Source: Acidobacteriota bacterium (GTDB lineage Bacteria; Acidobacteriota; Polarisedimenticolia; J045). Taken from it: 38,450 bases of DNA. The notes beneath the pieces were generated by a model, which saw only the letters and a program-made list of their open reading frames with translations, was not told the DNA's origin and searched no databases. A program made the position numbers and the translations under genes. Position 1 is the stretch's first letter. Every line of letters starts with the position of its first letter. Of the stretch, positions 35,069 to 38,450 are shown piece after piece. Location: contig RFIB01000100.1 in the NCBI GenBank assembly GCA_003695625.1, positions 1 through 38,450 of the forward strand, in the 5' to 3' direction.

Positions 35069-36955
35069 GTGCACGCTGCGCTCTCCCGTTTCGGACGGAT
35101 GTCCCTGGCCGCCGCCGCGCTGACGGTGGCCGTCGCCTACGGCGTGTCGCCCGGCCCCGCCGCCGTCGCGGCGGACGAGGCGTGGGCGGCCCCGCTGCCG
35201 CCCGCCCTGCCGTGGGACGGTGCCAGCCGGTCGCTGGTCCGGCCCCCCGGCGATCCGTGGCTCACCCCCGCCGAGGCGAGCGGATTCGCCGAGTCGGCCG
35301 GTCTGGACGGTGCGCGGGCGTTCCTCGCCCGCCTCGACGCGGCCAGTCCCGACCTGCGCGTGCTGCCGCTCGCCCACAGCGCCGGCGGGCGGCGGCTCGA
35401 CGTCGTCCTCGCGACCCGCGGCCTGGCCGACGGAGGGCTCGAGGCGCTGCCGCCGGGCCGGCCGGTGGTGCTCGTCCAGGCCGGGATCCACGCCGGGGAG
35501 ATCGACGGGCTCGACGCGGGGCTGATGCTGCTGCGGGACCTTGTCCCGGACCACGGCGCCGACGACCTGCTCTCCCGCGTCACGCTGGTCTTCGTGCCGG
35601 CGCTCAACGTCGACGGACTGGCCCGCCCGTCGCGCTGGGGGCGGATCAACCAGCGCGGCCCGCGGCATGCCGGCTGGCGGACCAACGACCGGAACCTGAA
35701 TCTCAACCGCGACTACACGAAGCTCGACACGCCGGAGGTGCGGGCGGTCGTGGGGCTGCTCGACGCGCTCGACCCGCTGCTGTACCTCGACCTCCACGTG
35801 ACCGACGGCGCCGACTACCGCTACGACATCACGTTCGGCTGGAACGGTCCGCACGGCTGGTCGCCCGGGACGGCGCGCTGGCTCGACGCCGTGCTGCGGC
35901 CCGCCGTATCGGCCGACCTCGAGCGGGCGGGACACGTTCCCGGGCCGCTGATCTTCGCCGCGGACCGGCTCGACATCCGGCGCGGCGTCGTCGCGTGGAC
36001 CGCCTCGCCGCGCCTTTCCAACGGCTACGGCGATGCACGGCACGTGCCGACGATCCTGGTCGAGAACCACTCGCTCAAGCCGTTCGGGCAGCGGGTGCTC
36101 GGCACGCGCGTGCTGCTCGAGAGCGTGCTGCGGCTCGTCGCCGACCGGGGCGCCGGCCTGGCCGCGGCCCGTGACGCCGACCGCGCCCTGCGCCGCTCGC
36201 CGCTGCCGCTCGGCTTCGCCCGGCGCGACGAGCCCGCGGGCACGATGCGCTTTCTCGGCGTCGCGCAGCGCATCGAGCTGTCCGCGATCACCGGCGCGCC
36301 CGTGGCACGCTGGACCGGGAAGCCCTGGGACGGCGAGGTCCCGGTCGTCGCGATCGACGTGCCGCGCCCGGTCGCCGAGCGTCCCTCGGCGTACTGGATC
36401 CCGCCGGCGTGGACCGAGGCGATCGAGCGGATCCGCCTGCACGGGATCCGCCACGAGGTCGTGGACGCCGAGCGGCAGCTCGACGCACAGGTCGCCCGGC
36501 TCGAGGACGCCAGGCTCGACGGCGAGGTCTACGAGGGGCGCGTGCGGGTCCGCGCCGGCGTCACGTGGACCGCCCGCCGCGTCGTGCTGCCCGCAGGGAC
36601 CGTGCGCGTCCCCACCGATCAGCCCCTCGGCGACCTGGCGATGCTGCTGCTCGAGCCCGAATCGCCCGACTCGCTGTTCGCGTGGGGGTTCTTCCCCGGC
36701 GTGCTCCAGCGGACCGAGTACGCCGAGGCCTACGTGATGGAGCCGCTCGCCGCGCGGATGCTGGCCGCCGACCCCGCCCTCGCCGACGAGTTCCGGCACA
36801 GGCTGGCCACCGATCCCGAGTTCCGCGGCAGCCCGCGCGCCCGGCTCGAGTTCTTCTATCGCCGCACACCGTACTGGGACGAGCGCTACATGGTCTACCC
36901 GGTGGTGCGCACCATGCCGTCGCGAACACCCGAGGCGGGACCCGGCCTGCGGTGA
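35069..36955 (+). CDS. Secreted M14 family zinc carboxypeptidase
   Basis: IHAGE (HxxE), NLNRD, LDLH, VENH. Start is GTG 35069 (AGGAG RBS) or ATG 35099. Confidence 0.85.
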   Translation: MHAALSRFGRMSLAAAALTVAVAYGVSPGPAAVAADEAWAAPLPPALPWDGASRSLVRPPGDPWLTPAEASGFAESAGLDGARAFLARLDAASPDLRVLPLAHSAGGRRLDVVLATRGLADGGLEALPPGRPVVLVQAGIHAGEIDGLDAGLMLLRDLVPDHGADDLLSRVTLVFVPALNVDGLARPSRWGRINQRGPRHAGWRTNDRNLNLNRDYTKLDTPEVRAVVGLLDALDPLLYLDLHVTDGADYRYDITFGWNGPHGWSPGTARWLDAVLRPAVSADLERAGHVPGPLIFAADRLDIRRGVVAWTASPRLSNGYGDARHVPTILVENHSLKPFGQRVLGTRVLLESVLRLVADRGAGLAAARDADRALRRSPLPLGFARRDEPAGTMRFLGVAQRIELSAITGAPVARWTGKPWDGEVPVVAIDVPRPVAERPSAYWIPPAWTEAIERIRLHGIRHEVVDAERQLDAQVARLEDARLDGEVYEGRVRVRAGVTWTARRVVLPAGTVRVPTDQPLGDLAMLLLEPESPDSLFAWGFFPGVLQRTEYAEAYVMEPLAARMLAADPALADEFRHRLATDPEFRGSPRARLEFFYRRTPYWDERYMVYPVVRTMPSRTPEAGPGLR

Positions 36956-37283
36956 TCATCCACGGCCCGTCCCCGGCGCCGCCTGCCGCGCGTCCGCCCC
37001 CCTTCGATTGCCTTCAGCCGGTCCGCCCTCGACAGTCCTTGCAGGGGGGAGGAGTGTCTCACGGACGTTGGCAGAGAGGGATCCTCCTCCTGACGACCGC
37101 ACAATTATCTCAGCCGAAGAGTGTCAACCTCGAGAGCGGGAACGGGCCACGGCCGGCGTGCCCCGGGGGGGCCGCGTCAGGCCAATCGCTTCCCCGACGG
37201 TGAAGGCCCGGAGCGCCCGTAGGCGCAGAGGGGCTTCGTCCGGCGAAGATCCGATTAGACTGAGCCGATCGACAGCAGCCTCC

Positions 37284-37670
37284 TTATTCCTTATCCGAAC
37301 TCCGATTCTGCTCCAAAGCGTCGACGCGTGGCTCCAGCACTCGACCTCCACGCAGGCCTATCACGCGTCCGTTGAAGAAGTTATAGTCGAGATCTCTCGG
37401 CTGAACGGCGCTTCCATCCGATCTTAAGACATACAGGCCCGACGCCCAGACATCACCTGTGCGCTCGTAGAACACCGTGCATCGATTCGCGTTATTCGAC
37501 CTGTCAAGTTCGCACTTGATCCAACAGCCTCCCTTCTCCCCGCCCACCCACGTGGCGTCCTGTGGCACCTTCGATGGGCGCTGAGGAGCTTTCGGCCGCT
37601 GACACGACAGCGCGGTAAGGAGCCCAAGAAGAATTACGATGTGCAACGGGAGTCGATACCGCATGATCAC
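37284..37670 (-). CDS. Putative lipoprotein immunity protein
   Basis: Lipobox-like LTALS/C; overlaps the RHS stop codon (GTGA); several Cys; lower GC. Confidence 0.65.
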   Translation of the reverse strand: MIMRYRLPLHIVILLGLLTALSCQRPKAPQRPSKVPQDATWVGGEKGGCWIKCELDRSNNANRCTVFYERTGDVWASGLYVLRSDGSAVQPRDLDYNFFNGRVIGLRGGRVLEPRVDALEQNRSSDKE

Positions 37671-38450
37671 TCCTCCTCATCAGGAGGCTCATAGCGATAA
37701 ACGGTGTCCGCGATCTCCTGCAGCTCCTCGATTACGTTGCGGGGAGAGTTGATGAGCGTAACCGGCGTGTCGACGCCGCCAGCTTCTAGGACATCTTCAC
37801 AGAACGTTGCGCAGTTGTTGCCGGTGAGAGAATACGGTTCGCCTTGACCGGCCTCGGTAGTTGCCTGCAGCCCTTCGGCGTACTCAAGCATCGACGCGAA
37901 GTCCGCGTCTTGGAAGTCGGCCCCCTCGACCGCGCCTCGTTGTCCGAATTTTTTCGACAAGGCCTGCATGAGATTGTCCATCGACTCCTGGGTTGGACGC
38001 TTGTCCTCGCCCATGACCACGTCCGGAATTGTATCGGTTTGGACCAAGCCATGCTCTTCTGCGTCGTATCGACCGTACTCAAAGTACCTCGTAAGCCCGG
38101 AGTCAGGGTCAATGAGCACAACCCCCGAGTGCCCGAGTCGTCGACGCCCGACAGGCGTCTTTACCATGTAGTCTGGATACGTCACGATGAGAGCGGCGCG
38201 ACCGTCGGGATCAATGAAGCCAATGGGATTGTTGAACGTGTAGGTGTAGCGATTCCAGGATTGTGGCGATCCTGGTCGAGCGCTGCTGGCGAGAGGATCG
38301 ACACTCAGGAACCGCCCGAGACTGCTCCCGCAATACCTCGCCACCATATAGTCCAGCCCGAGCACCTCATCCCGCTCGTGTCCCGTGAACTTCATCCGCC
38401 CGGCAGCAGGTCCCGCCAGCTCGACCCCGAACGGCGTGAACTTCACCTCC
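37667..38450 (-). CDS. RHS repeat-associated core protein with C-terminal toxin domain (5' end probably beyond window)
   Basis: FTGHERD...GLDYMVARY...GRFLSVDP...SWNRYTYTFNNPIGFIDPDG core, followed by a 177-aa tip. Confidence 0.9.
   Translation of the reverse strand, partial: EVKFTPFGVELAGPAAGRMKFTGHERDEVLGLDYMVARYCGSSLGRFLSVDPLASSARPGSPQSWNRYTYTFNNPIGFIDPDGRAALIVTYPDYMVKTPVGRRRLGHSGVVLIDPDSGLTRYFEYGRYDAEEHGLVQTDTIPDVVMGEDKRPTQESMDNLMQALSKKFGQRGAVEGADFQDADFASMLEYAEGLQATTEAGQGEPYSLTGNNCATFCEDVLEAGGVDTPVTLINSPRNVIEELQEIADTVYRYEPPDEEE

Noticed and set aside
36956-37283. Short ORFs or an IS end at the GC transition before the RHS module
   Set aside because: No recognisable protein motifs, transposase or terminal inverted repeats could be supported by eye.

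Overview
A very GC-rich, gene-dense bacterial window with about 34 CDS and one tRNA-Pro(TGG). The gene content is suggestive of Acidobacteriota, but that is inference. Most of 1-21 kb and 29-37 kb is housekeeping or accessory metabolism: Qor/ADH, DUF1820, GGR-family oxidoreductase, PilZ, BNR/VPS10 protein, LpxO-like hydroxylase, EAL protein, ribA, S9 peptidase, acyl-CoA ligase, methyltransferase-GtrA, MFS, msrA, FHA, class II GATase, esterase, RmlC-like cupin, YchF-like ATPase, selA, sulfatase-TPR, TetR and an M14 peptidase. The standout is a five-gene locus at 21316-29190 that could form an electron conduit across the whole cell envelope. It encodes a His-rich inner-membrane protein, a membrane-anchored 2x[4Fe-4S] flavoprotein with an apparently circularly permuted TrxR-type fold, a 23-heme cytochrome c, an outer-membrane beta-barrel, and a 22-heme cytochrome c with exact 219-bp tandem triheme repeats. 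The window ends in a lower-GC segment carrying an RHS protein with a permuted papain-like (TseH-like) toxin tip and a lipoprotein immunity candidate. All calls come from reading motifs; no searches were run.
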